A stretch of DNA of 49,132 nucleotides, taken from contig NKIB01013981.1 in the NCBI GenBank assembly GCA_002256025.1, positions 1-49,132 on the forward strand. Direction: 5' to 3'. Under the pieces are notes generated by a model. It searched no databases, was not told the DNA's origin, and saw only the letters and a program-made list of their open reading frames with translations. The position numbers and the translations under genes are program-made. Of the stretch, positions 1 through 11,539 are shown piece by piece; the stretch's first letter is position 1, and each line of letters opens with the position of its first letter. This DNA comes from Asterionella formosa. Its lineage: Eukaryota.

Positions 1-965
1 TTTTCGCTTTCAACACTTCCATATTTGTAGAAATGTTCAATAGGAAATGTTCAATAGGCAATGTTCAATCATCCTCGCTTTGTTTGCGCTGCTAATAGAC
101 TGAGCCGCCTTGCCCAAAGGCACAGTCGATTCTTTTTTGCCATAAATTGGATGCATTTTATGAGCTGAAAATTGAATACTGGTATGTACTCATTTCCTTT
201 CAAGTGTTTTTGCGCCGGTTTATGATGCTCAAGTTACTTAGGCACTATCAAGTGACAGGGATAAGGATATGACAGGAATCATACAACAAATAAATCGAAG
301 GCGATATTTTTGTATTAAGCTGCGTATATCATATAACAATGAATCCTCAAAACATGGGGTAATCCGTGTTCTGGCAATATTTTCGTCGATCGCACTTTTC
401 AACCAATATTTTAGGAGAAACCAATTGCTATAAACTAATATCTAATGACATAGCCTTAAAGCGTACATGCTCAAGATTAGGGTCGAAGTTTTAAAATTAA
501 CAAATCTGCATTTGGGGGGGTCAAACCGTGTTTTTCTCCTGTTCAGTGGGTCACAGCAGTTCCAATTTTTTTTTAGTGGGTCACAGCAGTTTTTTACTGG
601 TACCAGGTACCAGGTAGTTCCATGTACCCGGTACTTTTACTACCGAATCCATCATGAACGCTGATGTGCAGTATGACACCTTACGAGCTCTATTCAGTAA
701 CGGTATACCACTTAGACTTTGTTGACATTGAGGATTGACGTTATTTATCGCTGACAACTCGTGACAACATCACCTTTCAAGCTTGATTTCTGTATACATT
801 TTCTATGGCGAATTTTTACGACATTATGTGGTCCTGTGTGGTATACGCTCAAAGATGATTTCGTAAATTTAACCTAATTAAATGACAATCGACGACATGT
901 GGTTCTGATGTGATTCGTTTTCCATTCTGGATACTAAGCCATGATCTGAAACCATATCATCGCTG

Positions 966-1292
966 CCAAATACCATGCTCTTTTCTGAAAAACATTTCTG
1001 ACCGTGACGGAGACCAAGCTCCTTTCTAAAATCATTTCCTTGCTACTAAAAACCAAGCTTCTTTATTTCTGAGAAAATTGAAATACCATTGTGTGTACTT
1101 AGCAGCTTTCTGAAAAAGCATTACCTTCAATACTAAAAACCAAACTCCTTTCTGAAAATCATTTCGGAACGACCGAACAACACGATCGTTTCTGAAAATC
1201 ACATCGAAATACCAAAAACCAAGCCCCTTTTCCGAAATCATTTAAACAACATAATGTGACCGTTTCTGCGAAGGCGTCATCATCTTCTGAGT
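966..1292. repeat. Degenerate array of ~35-45 bp units (consensus TACTAAAAACCAAGCTCCTTTCTGAAAATCATTT), with a further partial copy at ~2105-2187
   Basis: ACCAAGCTCCTTTCT(G)AAAATCATTT-like blocks near 1013, 1139, 1218 and 2107; ACCGTTTCTG..GCGTCATCA.CTTCTGAGT shared by ~1259-1292 and ~2153-2187. Confidence 0.7.
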
Positions 1293-2446
1293 TTACGTAT
1301 TATGATGGAATACCTGAAAATCATAGTTTTGTGAGGTCGCATGTCAAGTCGTTTGCACTCTATATGGAAACATGTAGCTTTAAACTGCGACATTAGCAGG
1401 AGGGCCTCAGAAGGAGAGAAATCATTTGGTGTAGGCAGAATATAGTGACTTTTGGATCATTTCTCATACTAGTATCAAACATTTCAAATACGTGCACCTT
1501 TTTTGACTATTCTTCACAAAATTTCTTCATTTACTAGAGAAATGATATACAATCAAACAACTTCGCTATGGGAGGCAACATTGTTTAATTCCAAAGCAAT
1601 CTATCCTTCAGAGTTTAGAGAAGGAATGCTCACCATCAGGTAGCTACGACTGTTGCCGCCACCGGCGTAAGGAGTTATTAATTGAAAGAGAGAAACACTG
1701 CTTAATGATCATTAGAGCAGTGACCAAGAAGTGAGACCAGTGGTGGGACGGGTCACATACCGAAGAATATTGTCTATAGTCAAGACATACAATAACAGCA
1801 TGATATTTAGAATAACAGGTACTATTTCGATTATATGACAAAATAATGGAAGCTAAACACATGACCATCAGCCAGTAAGAACCACCCTCAACCCATTAGT
1901 GTTTCTCACCAGGAGATAGAATGTTAGTACATAGTCGTGCGTTATGAAAATTCACTCCCTCCTACTACCGTATACTCTACTTTTCAATACACACACAGTT
2001 GGCTACTAGCATGATACGACCGGTAGTCAATTTCATGATTTTTCACTACATTGAACTTTGCAAATATTCGAGTGTTTCTTATTTTCGGTCGTTTCACGAA
2101 TTAGAACCCAAGCTCCTTTCTGAAACCATTTTTTGGTACCAAGAACCAAGCTACCGTTTCTGACAAAGCGTCATCAGCTTCTGAGTATTCTTCGAATGCA
2201 GTACATACGGCAAATACGATTGAAGCAAACTGAACTGTGGATCAGAGAGAGGTCGATTTTCACTTTATCAACCGAATATGGAATCGGGTTGATGTAGTAC
2301 ATAGGATTGGTCGAGCTCGTAGTGATAGCTAGACTTCTCTACTTCTTTGCCCCGTGGCTCGATCAACAGGCACTTGCAGTACAACAGTCGACGAAATGTT
2401 GGAACAAGAGGATCTCTTGTGCCTTCCTGTGGAGTTTGCTGCACAG

Positions 2447-5400
2447 CTATTCATTGAATTCTCGGATAGCCTCTCTTGCGAACTTGCTGTCGGGGCACAT
2501 CATCATGGCTCTTTGCAGATCATAGGTGTTGGTATTTACTGGTGGCCTTTCGTCGGTGTTACCCAAGCAAGCGTGGCCCGCCGAACCAACCCAGTACGAG
2601 AGGACAAGGGCCTCGGCAACTTTTTCACTATCAACTCTGCAATGCACTGAAATAACTTGATTCATGAGAACCGATACGGCCTTATTCGAAGCAAGTATTG
2701 CCACTTCCACATTTTGTCGTACAAGTTTTCGTTTTGTCAAGCCCTGTACCGGATAAAGTTCCCTGGCGACCTGCTTCGCAAGTTCCAGCCGATAAACACC
2801 ATTTTCGGGGTCATTCAATGCATGTCGGGACACCGACAGTTTGAAGTCAAATGGATCGTCGTGAGAAACCAAATTCGTCGAAAGGTCCATTAACGATTCT
2901 TCGTATCCGGTGATATCCTGCACTAAGCTTGCATCTATGAATCCATTCTTGGACTCGGTAAAGGCTGGTGTTCCAATCCCATCTGAGAAAGCAGCATCGA
3001 CAACAGCGACATTTGAGACGATTGCTTTCATTTCATTTTGCATCACTTTCTCGACCCATGGTAACGACTGGTTGATTTCCTTCTGGCAAATATCTTCAAT
3101 GGTCAAAACCTGTCGAAGCAATGCAGCACCTTGATTACATCCACTATTTAATCCTTCGTACTCTCGCATGAATCCAAAACTTTGCTTCTTGATATCCTCC
3201 GTTACGATTGGGACGATACGACACGAAAGTGACAAACCTAGTAACGCACTTGGGTGCTTGGTGACCTGCAAAGCTGCACGATATGCATCAGCTGCCAGGG
3301 AAACGGACAACTGCTGAGTCGAATAAGATTCCTTGACGTGACCCAAGGCTTTTCGTTCCAACAATGCAGCTCGACAGATCCACATTAGGGGAGTGTCCGC
3401 AACTTGCGTCAGTTGATCCATCATTTCCATGCTTGCACTCAGTTGCCCATGAGAAGCGTATAGAAATCCTAGATTTGACCATCCCTCTGGTGACGTCTTG
3501 TCGAGTTGAAGACATCGAGCAAAAGCGTGTTGTGCCAAAAGTGGGTCACTTCCACAAACTGCACATCCCAAACCACACCAAGCTGGTGCATATAAGGGAT
3601 ATTCTGCGACAACTGCTCGAAAGCATTTAGCTGCGCGGTCGAAGGATGTCCTAACTTCAAAAGAGCAACTAACAACATCAGCAAGCGAGAGATTTGAACC
3701 TTGTCCTTCGCCATGCAACTTTGCGAGAATTTGAGACTGGATGAGTATATTGTTACCGAGGTCGCATTTCATAGCAGCTTTCAGCAAGGCATCGTCGTCG
3801 TGGTCAAGTTGAGTTTTCGATTTCTGCGCTGCCGAATACGGTGCTTCACCCTGAGAAATAAACGCTATTTGATCTCGCAAAAGTTGGACGGGAGAGTTTT
3901 TCCTTTCATCGTGATCCCTGTCAATAAATACAGCGGGTGGCAGACAAGCTCCAAAAGTGTATAGATCACCAATTAATTTTAATGCACATCCGAAGTCTGA
4001 CTGTACTTCTTTATCCCCTTGAGATGTTATCAAAGTGGTCTTAATTCCGTCAATAGCTGTAGTTAATCGCCCGTACGCTGCACCAGCTTTGCCATCTTGC
4101 ACATCTCCCCTTGCCATTGCCAACAAGGCACGGCCTTGACCGAATGCTGCGATAAGCACCATTTCAGAATCACTTTCATGTTGTGACTGCTGTAGCGCGA
4201 TTCCAAACTTCTCGGCGGCGGTGTCAAATAGTCCAAGTTCCAATTCGACTTCCGCCCAAGAACATAATGTGCCCGGTGGAAAATTCTCCGTTGAAGCATC
4301 GTAACCCGCTCTGAATGCACGAACTGCAGCAGTGTACTTTCCAAGTCGGCGATAACAGCTTCCAAGCTCAGACCAAACAAGGGCGAGCTCACTACCAGTT
4401 CCCTTTGAATGCTTTGGCTTGGAAAAGAAAAAATGAAGAGAAAGACTTTGAGGGTCCGAAATGTCACGACATCTGATCGCTTCCTGGAAACAAATTGCAG
4501 CAAGATTATCCTCACTGTCTATCATTGCTTTCTTGGTGCCGAGTGCAGACCAGGCCCAACCATTCGATGGCGAAATAGTATTTACCGCAGCGTCAATCTG
4601 ATTCTGAATGTCAGAAAAAGGCTTGATCCTGATAATTCCTCGTCCAGCCACAGGATGTACGGGGTCTAATAACAAAGCTTTGGAATAACATCCAAAAGCT
4701 CTTGTTTCGTCACCTTTATCTTCGTACCACAGCCCAAGCAGTGCAAATGGACTGGCTATTGTTGGATTGAGTTTCGCTGCTTTTAGCAATTGTATTTGTG
4801 CCGCTTTCTCTGCGCCTGGTTGGTCAGGATTCATCATCATCATTCTCAAACGAAAGGCACCTAGGGCAAATGCGGCTTCAAAATCAAGTGGTGCGTCACT
4901 CACAGCAACCAAAAGGAATGATTCTGCATCATTCAGACGCGACGCACGAATGAGCGTATCCGCCACCAGCTGCCTTGACATACTCTTGTGAAACGACTTG
5001 GCATCCTCAATGGAACCCCCAGAAGTCCATAGGAATGGAATCGATCCAGAGTCGATTTGTTCTGCCTCATAAAGGCTTTCTCTGGCATGTCGTTCTGCTT
5101 CATCCAACGATGTTAGCGCCGTGAGCCTAGCCATACCACTAGAACAATGAGACTTGATGAGATGATCCAGATCCGGCACATGCAATGACACTAGCTGCTC
5201 TTCCACGGACGCGTATTTTTGCTTGGCAATGTTGCCAAGGCCACCATCTCCTCCTTCCGCGTCGGCTTCCATTATGTCTAATAACATAGTTTCCAGTCGA
5301 GTCAGCGTTCGTCCCCATTCCGAGGCTGCCTTACTTAATGTTTCTCTTGCAAGTCGAATCATTATTCGTGCTTCTGTCAAAGTGGTATTTGACCACGGTG

Positions 5401-7333
5401 TTTGATGAAAACCAGACCATGCAGAGTAGCATTGCAAGGCGGCACTTCCAAATTGTGACTGCCTTTTAATATTTCCAAGGCCGTGATAACCTTCTCCATT
5501 AGGCTGGATAGGATCATTTCTGGAGAGAGCGATCAAGGACGACACGGATGCGAGGGCACATTCCAAATCCAAAATGACATTTTCCATGTTGCTAGATTCT
5601 GTTTGTATCGATTGGATGGCCATCGGGGACTTGAGTTCTGTCTTTTTCTTTTCTTGAACGAAAGCGAGGGCACTGGATATCATCTCTTGAACAAAAGTTT
5701 GACACTTTACCAAGGATGAGTTTGTTGTGACGGTCCCACAAGTCATCCACATAACCTTCACTAGGTAGATCAAGCACGATATGACCAAATCTGTACCGCT
5801 ATCATTCATGTCAATAAGGTATTTGTCATAGTGTGCCTTCCGTGCCTCCACCTCCTCTTGGCACTCGGCGTTCTGTAATATGAGAAGGGCAAAGGATCCC
5901 AACCGAGTCCAAGCATTTTGTACTGCGTCTTGCGACGTGGTAGCGTTCGTTTTTGCCATGGACGCCAGTCCCAAAAATCGTGCTCGATCTTCCAGCCGTT
6001 GCATGTAGTTCAACAGCATTACAAGTGCCTGCTTCTCGTGGTAGTTTTCTGCAGTAGTAGTCGTAGTAGTACTACGACTACTCAGAAATGGCTGTGTAAC
6101 ATGCCCTGCTAGTTTCTTGGCAGCTACATCCATTTCATCAGTATCGTCACTTTGAATCAACACAGTCGATCGAGCAGATGATCGATACGTGTCCAAGGTT
6201 CCTACTGTTGTTTTCCCAGCAATGACTCGATTGTTGGCATTTTGGTAATCTGTTTGTGCCAATTGGTCAATGCACGAAACTTCCCGCAAGACTGCAATTC
6301 TCATGGATAGCCATACCATCATCATAGTCTCATTTGTCATAATCGTACTTGCCACACGTAGAGCTTGTTGTGCAAACGTCGCACGCTGGTCAAGTGACCA
6401 TGATAATAATGATTTGTACATTATGGATGGTACAAACACTTTATATACAGGTCGTTCCATGAATGGGATGGCATCCTTGTCTTCTGCCAACCAACTTTCT
6501 GCCAAACGCAAGGATAATTCAGCAACTCGATTCATATTTCCTTTGTTCTTTGCAATACGTATCAACTGTTCTAGTGGGTATATGGACATTAGTGACGACG
6601 GTCCTTCTGCAGATGTTTCATCGTTACTTGTGATTGTAGAAATACAATCTAAAGCCTTTTTCCATACAATTGGTGAATCCACTTGTAATTGAGCCGATTG
6701 AAGATAATACCCGTGTGCTATAATTCTCAAGTCATTTTGGATTGTTGTGGCAATGTCGTTATTCTTGTCCAACAATACGGAGCAATGATCCAATACGACT
6801 TTAATCAAAACAGCGAACCGTTCATCTTGTACCATTTTACATCGTGCCAATATGGCCTCGTAATCTATTGTTGTTGTCAATGTTGAAGAAGTAGCGGTAG
6901 TTGAGTTGTTGTTGTTGAGTACAGCTGGTAATACTCCTCCATTATAACTACTGGCAGCAGCAGCAGCAGCAATAGTAGTACTAGTACTAGTAATAATACA
7001 TGCTTCTGCCAATCTCCCCGCCATGACCAACGCAGTTGCAATAAGTGGTTTGGGTTCCATCAAGGCAGGTTTACCAGCAGTCGCAATGATTATGGAAGTC
7101 ACATCGGAGGATGTAATACTGAGGAGGGCAGTGGATGGAACAACTCCTCGTAATAGTACTTCTGTCAATAAGAGTGCATGGCACAAATGAGTGCCTTCCA
7201 TGGAAATGGCTGGGGCGGCATTTTGTTTATTGACGTCATTGGCTACTACTTGTAAAATCGTTTCATTAATAGATCCCAAGTACGCCTTGATTGCTTTTAT
7301 AATAGTCGGTGATGCGTTTGTTGATGTTATCAT
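2447..7333 (-). CDS. SKI3: Superkiller complex protein 3 (SKI3/TTC37-like TPR protein), 1628 aa
   Basis: Long uninterrupted ORF with TPR units typical of Ski3: AAKLNPTIASPFALLGLWY, WAWSALG, WSELGSCYRRLGKYTAAVRAF, AQHAFARCLQLDKTSPEGWSNLGFLY. Confidence 0.75.
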   Translation of the reverse strand: MITSTNASPTIIKAIKAYLGSINETILQVVANDVNKQNAAPAISMEGTHLCHALLLTEVLLRGVVPSTALLSITSSDVTSIIIATAGKPALMEPKPLIATALVMAGRLAEACIITSTSTTIAAAAAASSYNGGVLPAVLNNNNSTTATSSTLTTTIDYEAILARCKMVQDERFAVLIKVVLDHCSVLLDKNNDIATTIQNDLRIIAHGYYLQSAQLQVDSPIVWKKALDCISTITSNDETSAEGPSSLMSIYPLEQLIRIAKNKGNMNRVAELSLRLAESWLAEDKDAIPFMERPVYKVFVPSIMYKSLLSWSLDQRATFAQQALRVASTIMTNETMMMVWLSMRIAVLREVSCIDQLAQTDYQNANNRVIAGKTTVGTLDTYRSSARSTVLIQSDDTDEMDVAAKKLAGHVTQPFLSSRSTTTTTTAENYHEKQALVMLLNYMQRLEDRARFLGLASMAKTNATTSQDAVQNAWTRLGSFALLILQNAECQEEVEARKAHYDKYLIDMNDSGTDLVISCLIYLVKVMWMTCGTVTTNSSLVKCQTFVQEMISSALAFVQEKKKTELKSPMAIQSIQTESSNMENVILDLECALASVSSLIALSRNDPIQPNGEGYHGLGNIKRQSQFGSAALQCYSAWSGFHQTPWSNTTLTEARIMIRLARETLSKAASEWGRTLTRLETMLLDIMEADAEGGDGGLGNIAKQKYASVEEQLVSLHVPDLDHLIKSHCSSGMARLTALTSLDEAERHARESLYEAEQIDSGSIPFLWTSGGSIEDAKSFHKSMSRQLVADTLIRASRLNDAESFLLVAVSDAPLDFEAAFALGAFRLRMMMMNPDQPGAEKAAQIQLLKAAKLNPTIASPFALLGLWYEDKGDETRAFGCYSKALLLDPVHPVAGRGIIRIKPFSDIQNQIDAAVNTISPSNGWAWSALGTKKAMIDSEDNLAAICFQEAIRCRDISDPQSLSLHFFFSKPKHSKGTGSELALVWSELGSCYRRLGKYTAAVRAFRAGYDASTENFPPGTLCSWAEVELELGLFDTAAEKFGIALQQSQHESDSEMVLIAAFGQGRALLAMARGDVQDGKAGAAYGRLTTAIDGIKTTLITSQGDKEVQSDFGCALKLIGDLYTFGACLPPAVFIDRDHDERKNSPVQLLRDQIAFISQGEAPYSAAQKSKTQLDHDDDALLKAAMKCDLGNNILIQSQILAKLHGEGQGSNLSLADVVSCSFEVRTSFDRAAKCFRAVVAEYPLYAPAWCGLGCAVCGSDPLLAQHAFARCLQLDKTSPEGWSNLGFLYASHGQLSASMEMMDQLTQVADTPLMWICRAALLERKALGHVKESYSTQQLSVSLAADAYRAALQVTKHPSALLGLSLSCRIVPIVTEDIKKQSFGFMREYEGLNSGCNQGAALLRQVLTIEDICQKEINQSLPWVEKVMQNEMKAIVSNVAVVDAAFSDGIGTPAFTESKNGFIDASLVQDITGYEESLMDLSTNLVSHDDPFDFKLSVSRHALNDPENGVYRLELAKQVARELYPVQGLTKRKLVRQNVEVAILASNKAVSVLMNQVISVHCRVDSEKVAEALVLSYWVGSAGHACLGNTDERPPVNTNTYDLQRAMMMCPDSKFAREAIREFNE

Positions 7334-7569
7334 GGGAAAGGAGCTGTAACAGGTAATACAGCAGTAGTAGTACCGGTATTGTTGCTGTCAACTAATTGGA
7401 GTAGCTACCAGTAGCATGAAGCATACCGCCAAGTATATAACTTTGACATTGTGGGGCGATGAAGCCATGCAAGAATCAACGATGCTACATTCTGTGTAAA
7501 ATTGGTCTGCTATGCATATCATCGTCTGTTGCTGGCTGATGGCACCTGGTACCTGGTAGTGTAACCTCT

Positions 7570-7656
7570 AAGTTGTGGTAATTTTGCTTTACTAAAGATT
7601 TAGCCAACTTTATCCCAGATTAAATTGATTATTTAAGCAAACTGACCGCAACTTGC
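7570..7656. mobile_element. Short MITE-like inverted-repeat element, copy 1
   Basis: Arms AAGTTGTGGTAATTTTGCTT and AAGCAAACTGACCGCAACTT pair at 17/20 positions; internal TAAATTG(A)TTATTTAAGC shared with the copy at 28439-28505. Confidence 0.55.
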
Positions 7657-8157
7657 TGGTACCTGCCTGGTATGGTAGGTGGTAACGTTTTTCAACATAC
7701 TATATACCTACATGCATAATTGATGATGGATGGCTTTGCAAAGAATGAATACGGTAACTTTTGTAGATATGAACCTGGTACCTGGTACCAGGTACCGGTA
7801 CAGTATCCGGCATGAATGGTTATTCCATGTATACATGCATGTACCGCTTATTACATAATGATGCGGAGTAGACTAACTGGACCTGGTACCAGGGTACCCA
7901 CCTACAATATCCTTCCCATCATATCTTTACAGGCCATACCGCTAATACCAAGCTCCTGGACTATGAATACTATTATCACACACATCTTCATCCAATGTTA
8001 ACCATTGGTTGTCTGCTGCTACAAATGCCATACATCGCGTAGCTATAGGGAATAACACAGCACCACATCACAGAAAGCGATTGACAAAAACAAAAACACG
8101 AGCGACGAGGTAGAAGTCTACATTACATTTACAAATATATCTGTGCCAACATCTCTC

Positions 8158-9771
8158 ATGATCAACACAAGCACTGCCATCAAAAGCACCACCGCGATAA
8201 CAAACCTTATTCCATGCTCACCACTGCAGCCTCTGCCGACAGTAGTGTCAGAACTGTTACCGGTAGTGTTATCTATCCCAAATGACCTCCAACTCCTTCA
8301 ACAATGGACAGGATCTACTGTAGGTCCCATTGCTGTCACATCCAATGCCAGTGGCATCCGAGGTGCAATTGCCACCAGGGATATATCCAAAGGTTCGACG
8401 ATACTACTCCTTCCATGGAAGTACGTTTTAGGAGTTCGTGCAGCAGTACGATTGCTAGAGGAGGAAGAGTCCAAGGGACGAGGAATGATAATGGGGACAG
8501 ATGATGACAATGATGCTCCCGCATCCACCGTAGTACTACTGACAAGAAGTAGGGAGAGTTCTGCAACTACTTCTAGTACTACTCAAGCATTGTCAATTCG
8601 TCATTGTTATCAGAGTATGACTCCTACTCAACGATGGAGTACCATCATGGCATGTGCCTTGTTGTCAGCTGCCAAATATCCACTTTCGTCATGGGGGAGT
8701 TATGTATCATCATTACCATGTCATTCCTTAACAATGGAACAAGCCCTACGACGATGTCATGCTTGGACGGTACGGTACCAACTCAAATCAGCCATGATGA
8801 CTAAACCACACAGTGACTCTGATTCAACTACTAATAGTACTAACACTTCGAAGCAACAACAGCGACGAAAACTAACACAAATTGAATTGCAACAATTGAA
8901 ACATGCGAGAGACGTCATTTCCAACACACCACGTGATATGGAGTTACAACATGTCTTATTGTGGGATAAAGAAACATTGATACGGACTGGGGATGTAACA
9001 TTGATACAATTGGTTCAACAAGATTGGATTTGGTTACAAACAGTATGGGAAGATATAGGAACATCAGTGAGTTGGGACTCGTGGTTATGGGCTCATGCCA
9101 TTGTTTGGTCTCGTGCAGTTGGATTAGAACATGCACCGGAATCTGTCATTACGTATAATGATGATGGCGGTAGCGATGGTACAAATAACAAGGCAGAAGG
9201 AGCATTATTGCCCATTTTTGATATGATCAATCATCATGGAACATGTGCCAATTCAATTATGGAAATTCGAGATCAAGGAGTAGCAATAGTGACAACTCAA
9301 GATATTGCTGTTGGAAGGGAAGTCTTTTTTAATTACCATCCAAATGCTACAATTCGATTCATGTTACGAGGATATGGGTTTATCCCTACTACTGGACCGT
9401 ACCATCAGGTCTTTCGTGTGGAACAAACCAACATTCACCTTCAGATTTCCATCATTTCATTATTACATGAGGAGGAGTCTAATTGTATGGTACAACTGGA
9501 ACGTGTCAATTATCAAAGCCGAGCAGGCAGTAGCATCATGACGTTTGTATTGACAGATCGACCCATGACATCTATCCTTCTAGAACATGATGCACACGTG
9601 ACCAAGGCGGCTGTGGGGTGTTGTCGAATTGTGAGGGATTCTATCATTGGCAGTGTCAACGGATATCGAAATCTTGAAACTATTGCCGACCAATATAGAG
9701 AATGCAACATTTCACTACTAGAACGATGCATCGGTGATCTCGAAAGTGTATTGGATTTGTATACACTATAA
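8158..9771 (+). CDS. SET-domain protein lysine methyltransferase (Rubisco LSMT/SETD3-like class)
   Basis: GIRGAIATRDISKG, WLWAHAIVWSRAV, LLPIFDMINHH, GREVFFNY and MLRGYGF motifs; first ATG at 8158. Confidence 0.8.
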   Translation: MINTSTAIKSTTAITNLIPCSPLQPLPTVVSELLPVVLSIPNDLQLLQQWTGSTVGPIAVTSNASGIRGAIATRDISKGSTILLLPWKYVLGVRAAVRLLEEEESKGRGMIMGTDDDNDAPASTVVLLTRSRESSATTSSTTQALSIRHCYQSMTPTQRWSTIMACALLSAAKYPLSSWGSYVSSLPCHSLTMEQALRRCHAWTVRYQLKSAMMTKPHSDSDSTTNSTNTSKQQQRRKLTQIELQQLKHARDVISNTPRDMELQHVLLWDKETLIRTGDVTLIQLVQQDWIWLQTVWEDIGTSVSWDSWLWAHAIVWSRAVGLEHAPESVITYNDDGGSDGTNNKAEGALLPIFDMINHHGTCANSIMEIRDQGVAIVTTQDIAVGREVFFNYHPNATIRFMLRGYGFIPTTGPYHQVFRVEQTNIHLQISIISLLHEEESNCMVQLERVNYQSRAGSSIMTFVLTDRPMTSILLEHDAHVTKAAVGCCRIVRDSIIGSVNGYRNLETIADQYRECNISLLERCIGDLESVLDLYTL

Positions 9772-9817
9772 AAATCGAAATATTATTCTTCAACTGATTC
9801 CAACGTCATGAGTTTTT

Positions 9818-11539
9818 TTACATTTTGCTACTCGGAAATGATGGAGGCTCGTTTTGTGTTCCGTCACATATATCATGCACTAACCTGGCAGCTTGAGTGG
9901 CTAAAAAATCGGCATCGTGACTTGTGGTAGCTTCTGCATAGACTCGGACCACATTTTCTGTTCCACTGGGACGGACAAAGGCTCGGCCACCTGGAATGGT
10001 GGCCACCACGTCGTCCAAAGCCTGTTGGAGCCGTTCCGGAACCAGACACCTTGTTTCCGTGTCATTGGTCTGAATCATAGTCCTATCGTGTACGTACACC
10101 TTGCACTGACGACTGGGCATGTCATGATACAGAGCATCCCAAGTGAAAATGTCCCACTGTTTCAATTGCAAAATAGCATCAACCAAAAGCATATCGCTAA
10201 GAGCATCACCCACGGATTGATTGATCAAGGAGGGTAAGAGTTTTAGTCTCTGTAGGGAAATATGTCCCCGCAGTACTTTATCTGCCTGTGCCATGAAATC
10301 GTAAAAGGCATTCCCAAACAACACAGTCCCGTGGCCATTGGCTTCAAAGTATACCCCGACATCAAAAGAATGTAGCGCCTCGTGGTGTACAAACTTAACT
10401 CCTGTCTTGGCAAATTTGACAGCATCCATGCCAAGTTTGGATTGCAAGTACATGGTCGATGCGCCATTGGCATAAGCGGTCTGCACTACTCCCAGTTTCA
10501 ACGGGGGTAGCGATGATGTTGCTGTTTGCAACGCCGTGACCTGGTCTTGTAAAAAATCGCACAACAGCACAGCGATTTTATCTCCATCCAGTAACGAAAA
10601 TCCGCTGTTGCTTCTTTCATTGAAAAAGACAATCCTATCAACATCACCGTCCACTGAACACGCATATTCTACTTTCTCTGTATCACCTCCATACCACGTA
10701 GGGGGACAAATTCCCTTTTGGACATGTTCAGATCCGCAGCCTGCATTGAGGGGTCCTTCGTCAGGTGAATTTTTTGGTATAAGTCTTGTCGTTGCCCCCA
10801 AGTGGATCAATTCCTGACTCAATCGTTGCACGTGGGCATATCCAACTCCACAGGCACAGTCGACGACCATGGTTCTCGGCTGTGATGGTGGTGGTCCCGT
10901 CCGACACAGGCCCACATAGGAATGCGTCAACAGACCATAATATCCAACAATTCCAGATCTCACAGGGATGAGAGGAGGCAAATGATGTGCATTGGCATGC
11001 AAGACGGCATGGTGCAATTGCGGCGTGGTAATGACACCATGGACGAGGACTGTGGCTCCCATGGCTTGTGCCGCTCGAATGGTAAGTTGCGCAAGTGCAG
11101 GAGAATGGGATCGGGTGTCTCTACCGACATGAACTGTACAAGCGTTTGTACTGGTCGTGCTGCCCAACATGGCCCACACGTGATGTGGATCGTGACAATT
11201 GGCCAATTGAACCGCCAATTCTTCGCCATCTTGTGCCATCATTCCTCCGTTTGGATCCGCAATCTTGGCCCCGTTGTAGGATTCGTCATTGTGAGATGCT
11301 GTAACCATCACACCCACGTGCTGCTGCAAAGAGTAGGAGCGGTAGGCGGCCAGTAAGCCGACCCGTACCATGATGCCTTCTAGAAGCGTGGCGTCGTAGC
11401 GGAAACCTGCAGTGCCGTAGGAAAAGGTCATTGGAGTGCCATGCTTATCAATGAGCGGTAATGGATATCGTTCGAGGAGGCGCAGGATTTCCTGTTGAGA
11501 TTCATTAGAGAGGAAAACGAGTGGAATCTCCTCCATCAT
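9818..11539 (-). CDS. PGM3: Phosphoacetylglucosamine mutase (PGM3/AGM1)
   Basis: YGTAGFR, MVTASHN phosphoserine loop, DGDVDR metal loop, GVYFEANGHG sugar loop, FVRPSGTE phosphate loop. Confidence 0.95.
   Translation of the reverse strand: MMEEIPLVFLSNESQQEILRLLERYPLPLIDKHGTPMTFSYGTAGFRYDATLLEGIMVRVGLLAAYRSYSLQQHVGVMVTASHNDESYNGAKIADPNGGMMAQDGEELAVQLANCHDPHHVWAMLGSTTSTNACTVHVGRDTRSHSPALAQLTIRAAQAMGATVLVHGVITTPQLHHAVLHANAHHLPPLIPVRSGIVGYYGLLTHSYVGLCRTGPPPSQPRTMVVDCACGVGYAHVQRLSQELIHLGATTRLIPKNSPDEGPLNAGCGSEHVQKGICPPTWYGGDTEKVEYACSVDGDVDRIVFFNERSNSGFSLLDGDKIAVLLCDFLQDQVTALQTATSSLPPLKLGVVQTAYANGASTMYLQSKLGMDAVKFAKTGVKFVHHEALHSFDVGVYFEANGHGTVLFGNAFYDFMAQADKVLRGHISLQRLKLLPSLINQSVGDALSDMLLVDAILQLKQWDIFTWDALYHDMPSRQCKVYVHDRTMIQTNDTETRCLVPERLQQALDDVVATIPGGRAFVRPSGTENVVRVYAEATTSHDADFLATQAARLVHDICDGTQNEPPSFPSSKM

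Noticed and set aside
545..591. 17-bp direct repeat AGTGGGTCACAGCAGTT at 30-bp spacing
   Set aside because: Only two copies; consistent with a local slippage duplication
966..1292. CRISPR-like repeat-spacer reading of the motif array
   Set aside because: Repeats are degenerate and irregularly spaced, the intervening segments resemble each other, there are no cas genes and the context is eukaryotic
1644..1868. Short ORF with HW...NSL, reminiscent of a Ulp1-type protease remnant
   Set aside because: No catalytic Q..DCG motif found and the similarity is too weak to support
2307..6886. Many 60-150 aa antisense or alternate-frame ORFs overlapping SKI3 (and likewise other genes)
   Set aside because: Shadow ORFs with no recognisable motifs
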